Position numbers and translations under genes: made by a program | Shown here: in pieces, positions 53,462 through 63,938 of the stretch | Layout: the number at the start of each line of letters is the position of its first letter | Position numbering within the stretch: the stretch's first letter is position 1 | Notes under the pieces: model-generated | What the model was told of the DNA's origin: nothing | Databases searched by the model: none | The model's input: only the letters and a program-made list of their open reading frames with translations | Source of the DNA: Bryobacterales bacterium | Lineage (GTDB): Bacteria > Acidobacteriota > Terriglobia > Bryobacterales > UBA6623 | Length of the DNA: 64,000 bases | Assembly (NCBI GenBank): GCA_963422375.2 | Contig: OY729428.2 | Span: forward strand, 352,001-416,000 | Reading direction: 5' to 3'

Positions 53462-54322
53462 CTACGTGAGCGCGGCGGCGGCGGTCAGGTCGCGCCCCAA
53501 GATCGAGGGACACCAATAGCGCTCGATGTGCTCGATCACGAGCTCGGTCCCGCGAGCGTGATTCACGTAGGGCTCGTCCCGGGGATCGTACATGGCGTCA
53601 GTCAGGTCGCGAGCCAGCACCACGCTCTTGCCGAGCCGCACCTGCTGGCGGATGCCGAACGGGCGGCCCAAAACGCACATGTTGGCGTGGACGCCCATCA
53701 GGGCCACGCTCGAGATTCCCTTCCGCCCGAAGCAATTGAAAATCTCCTGGCCGTCGTCGCTGATGCCGTCCTCTGCGGCGATGTCGAGGCCGGGGTGCTG
53801 GCGGCTGTAGAAGCGCTTGCGCTCCCTGACAACCTCGTCGTCGCACGGATCCTTGTCCTGGATCGGCAGCGGGCCTTCGGACAGGGGATCCAAGTGGCAC
53901 CACTTGCCGATCGGGACCGGCGGCTCGGCATGCGGCGCGGCCTGCATGCGCTCGCGCTGGGGCAACCCGGCGTAGAAGTCCATGGTGCCGCTCGGCGCGT
54001 GGATTATGCATACGCCCAGTTCCCTAGCTCCGGCGACAACCCGGTTCATTTCGGGAATCATCGCCTCCAACCGACGCACCGAATTCCTGCAGTAGTGGTC
54101 GTCCCACATGTCGCAGATGATGACAGCGGTCTCGGACGCCTTCCAGAGCAGGTCCGTCTCGACCGGCTCTGCCGTGCCGCCCTCCGCTCGCGAGCGGGCG
54201 CCGAGCTTGAGGGTCGTGCCGTCGCGGGGGCCGGGCTTGAAGAGGCCGCGGAATGCCAGCGAGCCCGCGGCCCCGCCAAGAGCGCCCGCTACCAGCGCCT
54301 GCCTGCGATTGACGCCTGCCAT
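53462..54322 (-). CDS. Isochorismatase-like cysteine hydrolase (Tat signal)
   Basis: NRRQAL, IICDMWD, GVHANMCVLGR, RDLTDAMY. Confidence 0.82.
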   Translation of the reverse strand: MAGVNRRQALVAGALGGAAGSLAFRGLFKPGPRDGTTLKLGARSRAEGGTAEPVETDLLWKASETAVIICDMWDDHYCRNSVRRLEAMIPEMNRVVAGARELGVCIIHAPSGTMDFYAGLPQRERMQAAPHAEPPVPIGKWCHLDPLSEGPLPIQDKDPCDDEVVRERKRFYSRQHPGLDIAAEDGISDDGQEIFNCFGRKGISSVALMGVHANMCVLGRPFGIRQQVRLGKSVVLARDLTDAMYDPRDEPYVNHARGTELVIEHIERYWCPSILGRDLTAAAALT

Positions 54323-54493
54323 GCCGATTGCTAGTCCATTCTACGCGCGCCGGCCCATCGACGGGAGGCCACCAGAGTACCGGCCCCGATCAGCCGCATG
54401 CGCCCCTTCGTCAAGGTCCCGCTTGAGAATCCGAACGGTTGCTAGGGCACCTCGCTCCGCGTTCCGGCAACGCGCCGTCGGCAGGGGCAACGG

Positions 54494-55849
54494 TCAGAGC
54501 AGTTCGAATACCTCGACGGCGGTCCGGATCTCGTCCCTCGGCAGCAGCGAAGCGTGATGAGCGACAGTCTGGCGCACTCTGGGCCGCCCGTCCCCGAATC
54601 CCGTCGCGGTAGGCGGGCCGTTCAGCACGAGCGGGATCATCTCGCGGCTGAAGCGCTCGACCGGCTCGCGCTCCGCGGCCCGGACGCCCATGCGGAGGAC
54701 CACTTCGGGCGGATCCGGGCTGGGTGCCGCCGCGGGCCCGTGGCAGGCGCCAGCGCCGAGGATCTCGGCGTGAACCTCCTGGAAGGGCAAGCCGAGGCCG
54801 TCCAGCCTCGCTTGGACCATCGCCGCGGCCGCGCGGGCCTTCTCGACCGCCTGGGGCCAGCTGTAGACCAGAGACCCCACCGCTTGGTACCCGGCCGCGT
54901 ACGTCAGGGATGTCTTGAGGGTAGGCGGGCGCGGGCCTCCGCGCACGCCTTCAACCGCCACCCGGTCGGGCCCGGCGTCGCGCAAGCGCAGGCTGGTGAA
55001 GTCGGCCCGGCAGTCGGGTGTGAGGTACGCCTTCGGATCGCCTAGCTCGTACAGCAGCTGCTCCTTGATCGAGGGCACCGTCACGCGGCCGCCGGTGCCC
55101 GGATGCTTCGTCACGACGAAGTCTCCGCTCTCGCGGGCCTCGACCACCGGGAATCCGATGTCCGCCATGTCCGGAACCGACTGCCAGCCCAGACAGAGAT
55201 TCCCTCCCGTGCACTGGGCGCCGCATTCGAGAATGTGGCCCGCCACCGTGCCCGCCGCGAGCCGGTCCCAGTCACGCTCTCCCCAGCCGAATTCGTGAAT
55301 CATGGGAGCGAGGGCCAGGGCCGTGTCGGTCGAGCGGCCCGCGATCACGACCCGCGCTCCGGTCGCGAGGGCCTCGGCCAGGGGGAACCCGCCGATGTAC
55401 ACATGCGCGCTGAGGAGGTGATCCCGGATCTCGCCCAACGCCCGGCCCGTGTCGATGTCGTCGAAGCGCACGCCGCGCGCCGCCATCGCGTCGATGGTCG
55501 GCCCGATGTCGTCTCCGAGGACCACCGCCACCTCGACTCCGCCAATGCCCGCGGCCGCGGCGCGATCGAGAATCGCCCGGGCGCAGGCCTCCGGATTCAC
55601 GCCGCCGGCGTTGGTCACGACCCTGACGTCGTCAGCTATCAGGCGCGGCAGCAGGGCGGCCACCAAGTCCGCGGCGTCCGTCGCGTACCCTCTGGTGGGA
55701 TCCCGTCGTCGCTGCTTCTCCAAGATCGACATCGTCACCTCGGAGAGATAGTCGAGCACCAAGTAGTCGACGGGCCCCCCCTCCACCAGGCGCCGGGGCG
55801 CCTCGAGCCAGTCGCCCCAGAAACCCTGGCCGTTCGCGATGCGGATCAA
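54494..55849 (-). CDS. AtuA (acyclic terpene utilisation, DUF1446) family protein
   Basis: IANGQGFWGD, DYLSEVTM, NAGGVNP, GHILECGAQCTGGN, EQLLYE; RBS AGGAGG. Confidence 0.92.
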   Translation of the reverse strand: MIRIANGQGFWGDWLEAPRRLVEGGPVDYLVLDYLSEVTMSILEKQRRRDPTRGYATDAADLVAALLPRLIADDVRVVTNAGGVNPEACARAILDRAAAAGIGGVEVAVVLGDDIGPTIDAMAARGVRFDDIDTGRALGEIRDHLLSAHVYIGGFPLAEALATGARVVIAGRSTDTALALAPMIHEFGWGERDWDRLAAGTVAGHILECGAQCTGGNLCLGWQSVPDMADIGFPVVEARESGDFVVTKHPGTGGRVTVPSIKEQLLYELGDPKAYLTPDCRADFTSLRLRDAGPDRVAVEGVRGGPRPPTLKTSLTYAAGYQAVGSLVYSWPQAVEKARAAAAMVQARLDGLGLPFQEVHAEILGAGACHGPAAAPSPDPPEVVLRMGVRAAEREPVERFSREMIPLVLNGPPTATGFGDGRPRVRQTVAHHASLLPRDEIRTAVEVFELL

Positions 55850-55893
55850 CGGGCCCCTCCTTCGGCGTCGTTGCCAGGACTCTCCCCGCCGGT

Positions 55894-56514
55894 TCAGTGG
55901 CGGAGCCGGCCGTTCCCGCGAGCGAGCCTCTCGCGTTCCTCGCGCCTGGCCCTCTTGGCGACCACTCCCTGCAGGTAGCCGGTCAGCAGTTCGACCCGCT
56001 GGACCTCGCTGCGCGACGACAGCAGCCTCTGCTTGGTGTCCAGTTCCAGCGGCAAGCCCGCAGCGATCCGAAAGCTCAGCCAAGGATGGTTCGGATTCCA
56101 GTCCTCCTGCGGGGAATCGGTAAGCCGACGCACCCGAGTCGCGACGTCGATCAGCGCCCCGACCGCGGACGAGCTGACCTGCGCCGGCGAGTCGTCAGCG
56201 AAGTACTCCACCGCGCCCTGGATGCACTCTTCGGACGAGTCGAGCATTCGGATCAGGAATCGGCGCGACCCGGCAGCTCGAATGTTGAACCGTCCGTCGT
56301 CGAACCGCTGGGTCACTTCCCGGACCGTCGCGGCACAGCCGACCTGCTCCAGCGAGTCTCCGCTCTGTCGGACGACGCCGAACTCGGTCCGGTCCGCGAG
56401 CGCGTTGGAAACCATCACCCGATAGCGAGGCTCGAAGATGTGGAGAGGCAGCACTTCCCCCGGCACGAGCACTAGATCGAGCGGGAACAGGGGCAGGAGG
56501 GCTTTCTCGGCCAT
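55894..56514 (-). CDS. LON peptidase substrate-binding domain protein
   Basis: LPLFPL..VL.PG..LPLHIFEPRY. Confidence 0.9.
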   Translation of the reverse strand: MAEKALLPLFPLDLVLVPGEVLPLHIFEPRYRVMVSNALADRTEFGVVRQSGDSLEQVGCAATVREVTQRFDDGRFNIRAAGSRRFLIRMLDSSEECIQGAVEYFADDSPAQVSSSAVGALIDVATRVRRLTDSPQEDWNPNHPWLSFRIAAGLPLELDTKQRLLSSRSEVQRVELLTGYLQGVVAKRARREERERLARGNGRLRH

Positions 56515-56785
56515 CGTTCAGTATGCATTCTCGCCGGAGCGCCGGACGGGGAATATTCGGATGCCCGGGGGACGCAGGCCCTTCGGCGCGGAAGAGCTCG
56601 TTGCGATCGGCCGGACGGCCAAATCCACCCTCTCGCGTTCCGCCGGGGCTCGGCGGGCCGCTCCCGCGGAGTCGCCCGGCAAGCGAGACAGGGCGACGCG
56701 AAGAGCGGATCCGGATCCGGCGCCCTTCAATCGGGTCGACCGTCGCGCTCTACACTACATCAAGGGCCGGGTCGACGGCAACGAC

Positions 56786-57568
56786 TTGCAACTCCAAGGC
56801 AAGACCGTCCTGATCACCGGAGCCTCGTCGGGCATCGGCCGCGCTTGCGCGCTGCGTTGCGCCCGGGACGGCGCCAAGCTCATCCTCGCTGGTCGCCGCC
56901 GCGAAGCGCTCGAGGAGGCCGCGAGGGAAGCGGGCGGGGCGACCGTGATGACGGCGGATCTCGGAACGCCGGAAGGACCCCCGGGACTTTGCGATCAGGT
57001 GCTCGGGACGGGACGCGCCATCGACGTGCTGGTCCACAGCGCCGGAGTGGGAATGTACGCCCCGTCGTTCGACAGCGAGCCGGAACCGGCCCGTGCGCTG
57101 CTCGCGCTGAATTTCCTCGCCCCGGTCGAGATCAACCGCAGGCTGCTGCCGCTCGTCCCTGCCGGGGGCTCGGTGGTCCTGGTGAGTTCCATCGCCGGCA
57201 AGATCTCGCTGCCGGGCATGGCCGTCTACTCCGCTTCGAAGCATGCCTTGAACGCCTACGCCAACGTTCTGCGCACCGAAATGCGCGGACGGGGCATCCA
57301 TGTGCTGAGCGCATGCCCCGGCTACGTCTCGACCCCCTTCACGAAGAATATGCTGCGAGGCGCCGCGCCTGCCGCTCTCCCGGGGCGGGAGCGATTCGGC
57401 ATCAGCGCGGAGCAATGCGCCGAGGCGATTCTCATGGGGGTTATCCGGCGCAAGCGCACCGTCGTCGTGCCTAGAGCCGGCTGGCTGCTCGTGGCGGCCG
57501 AGCGCCTGCTCCCCGCGACAGCGCACGCGCTCGCGGCACGGCACCTTGCCAGCCGGGGCGACGGGTGA
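56786..57568 (+). CDS. SDR-family oxidoreductase
   Basis: TGASSGIG, SAG, SS, YSASK, PG. Confidence 0.92.
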   Translation: MQLQGKTVLITGASSGIGRACALRCARDGAKLILAGRRREALEEAAREAGGATVMTADLGTPEGPPGLCDQVLGTGRAIDVLVHSAGVGMYAPSFDSEPEPARALLALNFLAPVEINRRLLPLVPAGGSVVLVSSIAGKISLPGMAVYSASKHALNAYANVLRTEMRGRGIHVLSACPGYVSTPFTKNMLRGAAPAALPGRERFGISAEQCAEAILMGVIRRKRTVVVPRAGWLLVAAERLLPATAHALAARHLASRGDG

Positions 57569-58137
57569 CGCGGAACGCGCCGTCCGGCGGTCCGCGGGAA
57601 CGCCCCCGCCGACCGGGGGCGATCTTTCTGGCGGGCTTCATGGGCTGCGGGAAGTCCACCGTGGGCGCGGCCGTGGCACAGGCGCTGGGCTGGGCGTTCG
57701 TCGACCTGGACGAGGAGATCGAGCGGGCCGCCGACCGGTCGATCCCGGACCTCTTCCAAGGGGAAGGCGAGACCGGCTTCCGGGATCGCGAGCACGAGGC
57801 CCTGCGACGGCAGACCGCGCGATGCCTTGCAGGCGAGCGAGCGATCATCGCGCTGGGAGGCGGCACGTACGCCTATTCCAGAAACCGCGACCTGCTCAGG
57901 GAAACCGGCCTGACGGTCTGGCTGGACGCCCCCGGGGAGACGCTGTGGGTTCGCGTGCGGCGCTCGCCGCACCGCCCGCTCGCCCGCGACCGGGCCGAAT
58001 TCCTGCGTCTCCACGCGGCTCGCAGGGAGTCCTACGCGCAAGCGGACGTCCGGATCGACGCTTCGGGCGGGCCGCGGGCGGTGACGGGCGAGGTGCTGCG
58101 GCTACGATGGGTGCAGGGTCTGACCGGGGATGCCTGA
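57565..58137 (+). CDS. aroK: Shikimate kinase
   Basis: GFMGCGKST, DLD, GE..FR..E, GGG, RPL. Confidence 0.93.
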   Translation: MTRNAPSGGPRERPRRPGAIFLAGFMGCGKSTVGAAVAQALGWAFVDLDEEIERAADRSIPDLFQGEGETGFRDREHEALRRQTARCLAGERAIIALGGGTYAYSRNRDLLRETGLTVWLDAPGETLWVRVRRSPHRPLARDRAEFLRLHAARRESYAQADVRIDASGGPRAVTGEVLRLRWVQGLTGDA

Positions 58138-58816
58138 TCCCGTCATCCGAGCCGAAGGGCTCGGGAAGACGTTCCGCTCGGGCAGGCAGGCGCTGACCAT
58201 CTTCTCCGGGCTCACGTTCCAAATCAACCAAGGCGAGAGCGTCGCCCTCGTGGGCGAGTCCGGAGCGGGCAAGTCCACCCTTCTGCACATGCTGGGGGGG
58301 CTCGAGAAGCCCTCGACCGGCAGCATCTATTTTCGAGGCACGGGGCTCGGCTCCCTGAGCGAGACCCGCCTCGCAGCCTACCGGAACCGCGACATAGGCT
58401 ACGTCTGGCAGGGCTGCCACCTGCTGCCCGAATTCACGGCCCTCGAGAACGTGGCGCTGCCCCTGCGGATTCACGGCGCGCCGGAGGCGGCGAGCTTGGA
58501 AGCGGCCGAGCGCCTGCTCGGGCGCGTTGGCCTTGCCAAGCGCGTCGACCACCAGCCGGGCGAGATGTCCGGCGGGGAGCAGCAGCGCGTCGCCATCGCC
58601 CGCGCCCTGGTGTCCGAGCCGCTGCTGCTGCTGGCCGACGAGCCGACCGGCAATCTCGACGAGCGCACCGGCGCGGGGGTCATGCGCGTGCTGCTCGACC
58701 TGGTGCGCGCCGACGGCTTGGCGATCCTGCTCGCGACGCACAACCCGGCATTCGCCGCGCTTTGCGACCGGATCTTCCGCTTCGAGCACGGACAGCTGCG
58801 CCAGGCGGGCCGCTAG
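58130..58816 (+). CDS. lolD: ABC transporter ATP-binding protein, LolD-like
   Basis: GESGAGKST, LLPEFTALENV, MSGGEQQR, ADEPTGNLD. Confidence 0.75.
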   Translation: MPDPVIRAEGLGKTFRSGRQALTIFSGLTFQINQGESVALVGESGAGKSTLLHMLGGLEKPSTGSIYFRGTGLGSLSETRLAAYRNRDIGYVWQGCHLLPEFTALENVALPLRIHGAPEAASLEAAERLLGRVGLAKRVDHQPGEMSGGEQQRVAIARALVSEPLLLLADEPTGNLDERTGAGVMRVLLDLVRADGLAILLATHNPAFAALCDRIFRFEHGQLRQAGR

Positions 58817-58826
58817 CGCGCGCCGG

Positions 58827-61085
58827 TCAAGCGGAGGCCGCGCCGAGCGGGAGCTGGGGCGACGAATCCCCCGCGACGGACCGGATGCGCTCGCTCAGCT
58901 TGGACCAGCGCCGGGCGGTGGAGGCGTTCTGCACGGCCCGCCGGACGGCGCTCGGCTGGCCGACGACCACCACGAGCCGCTTGCCGCGCGTGATGCCCGT
59001 GTAGATCAGGTTCCGCTGCAGCATGACGAAGTGCTTGTTCATTATCGGCAGCACGACCGCCGGGTACTCCGATCCCTGGCTCTTGTGAATCGTCGTGGCA
59101 TAGGCGGGAACCAGAGAGTCGAGATCCCTGAGCGAATACTGGACCGCCCGACCGTCGAAGGAGACCTCGATCTGCTCCTCCTCGTGGTTGAGGGCGTCGA
59201 TGTAGCCGATGTCGCCGTTATAGACCTCCTTGTCGTAATCGTTCTCCACCTGCATGACCTTGTCGCCCTTGGCGAAGGTCCAGCCGTGCCGCTCGACCCT
59301 GTCGGGCCCGCTCGGGTTCAGCACCCTCTGGAGTTCCAGATTCAGCGCCTTCGCGCCGACGCCGCCGCGATTCATCGGGCACAGCACCTGGATTTCGCGG
59401 ATGGGATCGAGTCCGAAGCGCTTGGGGATGCGCGTCCGAACGAGCTCGATCATGCGCTGGACTGCCGTCTCGGGCTCTTCCGCACGCACGAAGTAGAAGT
59501 CGCTCTCGCCGTCCGGCTTCGCCATTTCGGGCATCTCGCCCCGGTTGACGCGGTGCGCGTTCAGCACGATGCGGCTCTCGGCGGCCTGCCGGAAGACTTC
59601 AACGAGCCGCGCCACGGGCACGACGCCGCTCTCGATCATGTCGGCAAGCACCTGGCCCGGCCCGACGGAGGGCAGCTGGTCGACATCGCCCACGGCCAGC
59701 AGCGCGGATTCCTCGGGCAGGGCTTTCACGAGCGAGTGCATCAGAGGCACGTCCACCATGGAGGTCTCGTCGATGACCAGCAGGTCGCACTCCAGCGGGT
59801 TGTCCGAGTTCCGCCGGAAGCCCCCGCGGACCGGGTCGAACTCCAGCAGGCGATGGATGGTCTTGGCCTCCATGTCCGCCGTCTCGCTCAAGCGTTTGGC
59901 GGCCCGGCCGGTTGGCGCGCAGAGACTGATCTCCATGCCCTTGGCGAGGAGAATCTTCAGGATCGCGTCGACGATCGTAGTTTTCCCCACGCCCGGCCCG
60001 CCGGTGATCACCATGACCTTGGAGCCGAGCGCGGCCCGCACCGCCTCGGCCTGGCTCGCGGCCAGGGAGAGACGCAGCCGGCGCTCGACCCAGGGAACGG
60101 CCCGTTGCGTCTCGATCGCCGGCCAAGGCAGCGCCCCTCTCAGCAGCGCGCCCAGCCCCTCGGCGATGCCCTGCTCGGCCCGGTACAAGCGCTTGAGGAA
60201 GACGCAAGTCCTAGCCCCGATGGTGTCCACGACGACGCTGCCCTGGTCGACCTCCGCCTGCAAGGCGGGCTCGATCAGTTCGAGGGGCACGTCAAGGATC
60301 TGGCGCGCCAGCTCCAGCAACTCCTCCCGGGGCAGGCCGCAATGACCCTCGCTCGTGGCTTCGCTCAGGGCGTGGCTGATTCCCGCTCGAATCCGCTTGG
60401 GGGACTCGCGCGCGATGCCCAGCTTGGCGGCGATGGCATCGGCGACGGCGAAACCGATGCCGCGGATGTCGCGAGCCAGCCGGTAGGGGTTCTCCGACAT
60501 CACCTCCAACGCATCGGCTCCATAGACCTTGTAGATCCGCGCGGCCCGCGCAGTGCCCACGCCGTGGCCGTGCAGGAACACCATGATTTCCCGCACGACC
60601 TTCTGCTCGTCCCAAGCGGCGCTGATCCGGCCGGCCCGCACGGGCCCGATCCCCGACACCTCTCTCAGTCGCTCCGGCTCGCTCTCGATAACGTCGAATA
60701 CCCTGTCGCCAAACTCCGCGACAAGCTTCCGCGCGTACACCGGCCCGATGCCGGGAATCGCTCCCGAACCTAGGTACTTCTCAATGCCCCCGCTCGAGTC
60801 CGGCGCCGAGGTCTTGATGTAGGACGCCTCGAACTGGAGGCCGTGGGCACGGTCGTTCAACCACTGACCCGACGCGGTGATCCATTCTCCGGGACTCACG
60901 GACGGCGTGCGCCCGACCACGGCCTGCGGCTCCCGGTGCCCCCGCGCCTGCACCTTGAGCACGCAGAAGCCATTCTCCTCGTTGTGGAAGACCACCCGCT
61001 CGACGAGACCGGAAAGCACCTCGCGATCGGGAGAGGACGTCTTCTTGATCACGGTGCCGGATCGTCGCGGCAGGCCTCCGGCCAT
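58827..61085 (-). CDS. recD2: ATP-dependent RecD2-like DNA helicase
   Basis: ENPYRLA, GIGF..AD, TGGPGVGKT, APTGRAAKR, DETSM, TIHKSQGSEY, YTGITR. The ORF-track extension into the IS is spurious. Confidence 0.93.
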   Translation of the reverse strand: MAGGLPRRSGTVIKKTSSPDREVLSGLVERVVFHNEENGFCVLKVQARGHREPQAVVGRTPSVSPGEWITASGQWLNDRAHGLQFEASYIKTSAPDSSGGIEKYLGSGAIPGIGPVYARKLVAEFGDRVFDVIESEPERLREVSGIGPVRAGRISAAWDEQKVVREIMVFLHGHGVGTARAARIYKVYGADALEVMSENPYRLARDIRGIGFAVADAIAAKLGIARESPKRIRAGISHALSEATSEGHCGLPREELLELARQILDVPLELIEPALQAEVDQGSVVVDTIGARTCVFLKRLYRAEQGIAEGLGALLRGALPWPAIETQRAVPWVERRLRLSLAASQAEAVRAALGSKVMVITGGPGVGKTTIVDAILKILLAKGMEISLCAPTGRAAKRLSETADMEAKTIHRLLEFDPVRGGFRRNSDNPLECDLLVIDETSMVDVPLMHSLVKALPEESALLAVGDVDQLPSVGPGQVLADMIESGVVPVARLVEVFRQAAESRIVLNAHRVNRGEMPEMAKPDGESDFYFVRAEEPETAVQRMIELVRTRIPKRFGLDPIREIQVLCPMNRGGVGAKALNLELQRVLNPSGPDRVERHGWTFAKGDKVMQVENDYDKEVYNGDIGYIDALNHEEEQIEVSFDGRAVQYSLRDLDSLVPAYATTIHKSQGSEYPAVVLPIMNKHFVMLQRNLIYTGITRGKRLVVVVGQPSAVRRAVQNASTARRWSKLSERIRSVAGDSSPQLPLGAASA

Positions 61086-61279
61086 GGACCGAGGGGCGGA
61101 AGCTTCCCAATCCGAGCCTAGCGCATGCGGTCCGAGAACGGGCCGGCCCCGCGCCATCGCCAGCCAACGGCGGACGGACGGAACCAAAGGCGGTGGCCGC
61201 GAGGCCTGATGCTGCCCTCGCCAGGGCTGTTCGGCAGGATCGCTTCCCTCGGGACCGGGTTCGCGCTCCAACGGCGGTT

Positions 61280-63938
61280 CAGCGATTCTCAATGGGGCAT
61301 TTGGGGATTTCCAGAGTGTCTGAGAAAGGTGTCGAAGGCAGTCTGGCACTTGACTTTTCCTTGCGGCATTTGTGAGCTAGGGTGCAGGCCCCATGTCCTG
61401 GACTCGCTGCCGAGCGCCTTCCGCGAGACGGTCGCAACAAGCGCTACGAGGTCAGCGACGCCGCCGGCTGCGCCCCGGCCTGCTTCTTCACCCGGTGCGA
61501 GTCGTTGCTCGCGTTCCAGCGGCGCATGGAGCGGGACGGCTCCCGCTCCAACTGCCGGACCCTGTTCGGCGCGGGCCGCATCCCCTGCGACAACCGGATC
61601 CGCAACTTGCTCGACCGGCCGCGATCCGGCCGCGTTCGACCCGCCGTTCCGGCCGTGCCTGGAAACCGTGGCCGCGCAGGGCGCGCTCGAGCCCTTCCAG
61701 CGCCTCGACGAGCGCCTGCCGGCGGCTCCGGACGGCGTCCGGTTCCACCGCTCCGACACGGTGCGTTGCCCGCACTGCCCGCAGTGCTCGGTGCGGCACC
61801 TTGGCAGCGAGCGCCGGCCGCATCACTTCCACGCCATGGTCGCGGCCACCGCGGTAGCCGACGGCCACGCCACCGTCCTGCCGCTGATGCCCGAGTTCGT
61901 GCGCCCGCAGCAGGACGCGGCCGCGACCCGCGCCGACATGAGCGAGGACGAGCGCAAGCGGGACTGCGAGCGCAACGCCGCCAAGCGCTGGATCGCCGCT
62001 CACGGCGCCTGGCTGCAGGCCTGCCGCCCCGTCCTGCCGGGCGACGACCTGTACTGCTGCCAGCCGGCCTGCGAGGCCGCCGCGGCGGCCGGCATGGACT
62101 GCATCCGGGTACCTGATTACCAACGAACGTCAGCCGAGGATATGCTATCCTGGAGGAGGTCGGAAATCTCTGATAGGAAAGGGGATAGCAGATGAAACGC
62201 AATCGCGTGCAATGCCAGAAGGGACTCAGTCCGGGCAAGTTCCTGCAGCGCTACGGCAGCGAGGGGCCATGCGAGCAGGCCGTCTTCAAGGCCCGCCGGC
62301 CGGACGGCTTCCGCTGCCCGGAGTGCGGCTCCCGACGGCACTGCCGCATCCGCTCCCGCAAGCTCTGGCAGTGCCATGCCTGCCACCGCCGGACCTCCCT
62401 CGTCGCCGGCACGATCTTCGCCGCCACCAAGCTGCCGCTGACCGTCCGGTTCCTGGCGATCCACCTGCTGACGCAGGGCCAGCACGGCGTTTCGTCGCTG
62501 GAACTGGCGCGGCAGCTGGGCGTGAGCCGGAACACGGCTTGGAAGATGAAGCACAAGCTCTTGCAAGTGATGAAGGAGCGCGACGAGCGCGTGCCGCCGG
62601 GCGGCATCGTGCAGGTGGACGACGCCTACTGGGGCCTGCTGGGGCGGGGAGCGGACCGGCGGCAAGCGCGGTCGCGGCGCGGCGGGCCAGACGCCGTTCG
62701 TCGCCGCCGTGCAGGTCACCCAGGTCACCGCCGACGGCAAGCCGGCAAGGATGCGCCTGAGCAGCGTGGCGGGCTTCCGCAAGAAGACGCTGGCAGCATG
62801 GGCCGGACGGCACTTGCAGCCCGGCACGGAGGTGCATTCCGACGGCCCGGCCTGCTTCCGGGGCGTGGCCGACGCCGGCTGCGAGCACGTGCCGACCGTC
62901 ACCGCAGGCGGGCAGCGGAGCTGCGGGGATTCCCGCTTCTTCCGGGTCAGCACGATGCTGGGGAACGTCAAGCAGTCCCTGGCGGGAACCTGCCATGCGC
63001 TCGACGGCAAGCACCTGCCGCGGTACCTCGCCGAGTTCCGCTACCGCTTCAACCGCCGCTACGATCCGGAGGCGCTGGTCCCCCGCCTGCTCCACGCCTC
63101 CGTGCGCACCCCGCCCAGGCCTTACCGCCTCCTAACCTTGGCTGAGTCTTGTGGGTAATCAGGTCCGAATATGCAAGCCCGGATCCCACAGGCGCTTGCA
63201 CGAGGTGCCGGAGAGCCGACGGGCGAGCGGCGCGGTGCGCTCGACCGGCTGGCTGCCGCGGCGCGGGAAGGGCAAGCGGTCCGAGCGGCACCGTTTCCGC
63301 CGGACGGCCGCGGTGCCCCTGCGCCAGGGCCGCGACGCCCTGCGGGGCACTTGGCTCGAGTACGCCGTGGAGCGCGACGGCAAGCGCGCCTGCGCCAGCA
63401 GCTTCTTCACCGGTCTCGCGGTCAGCGCGGACAACGCGGAGCGGATCGCGCGGGCCGGCCGGGCGCGCTGGAAGATCGAGAACGAGGGCTTCACGAGGGC
63501 TTCAACTGCCTGGCGCGGCACGGCCGCAACTTCAAGCGCAACTTCGGGCACGGCAAGGACGGGCCGGCCAACGTGCCGGCCGTGCCGAACCCGTTCGCCT
63601 TCGCGCTCCACGCCGTGGTGCAGCGCGTCTGCGCGCTGCGGCAGCAGTGCCGGCGCAAGCTGGTCACGCGCCGCGCCCTGTTCCGGGAGCTGCAGGTCGC
63701 GCTGCGCCGGTTCCGCTTCCCGGACTGGCCGACCGTCGCAGCCGGCTACCGCCGGAGTGCGTCCGGCCGCGGGCTCGGCACTCGGCCGACCCGCGACGCG
63801 GGCCGCGCCACGGCCCTGCCCGCCGTCCGACCCTCCCGCGGGGCGGCCTCGGGAGCGCAACCTCTCGGTCAACTGATTCACCTCATCCTCCGAAACAACG
63901 TTCACGCACCCCCTTGACGGCCAAATTTAGAACCGCTG
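61280..63938 (+). mobile_element. ISNCY (ISMae2-like) element, complete, with nested IS1595
   Basis: Ends CAGCGATTCTCAAT and ATTTAGAACCGCTG; perfect 9-bp TSD ACGGCGGTT (61271-61279 and 63939-63947). Transposase frameshifted. Confidence 0.92.
62112..63163 (+). mobile_element. IS1595-subgroup element, copy A5 (frameshifted), nested in ISNCY
   Basis: CCTGATT ends; degenerate TSD TCCGGGTA/TCCGAATA; near-identical to A4. Confidence 0.93.

Noticed and set aside
52257..53516. Selenocysteine synthase selA
   Set aside because: Motifs (IGRAMKVGKE) fit the DgaE-like branch and there is no sel gene context.
61086..61349. N-terminal extension of RecD2
   Set aside because: The ORF merely runs into the ISNCY end; homology begins near 61050.
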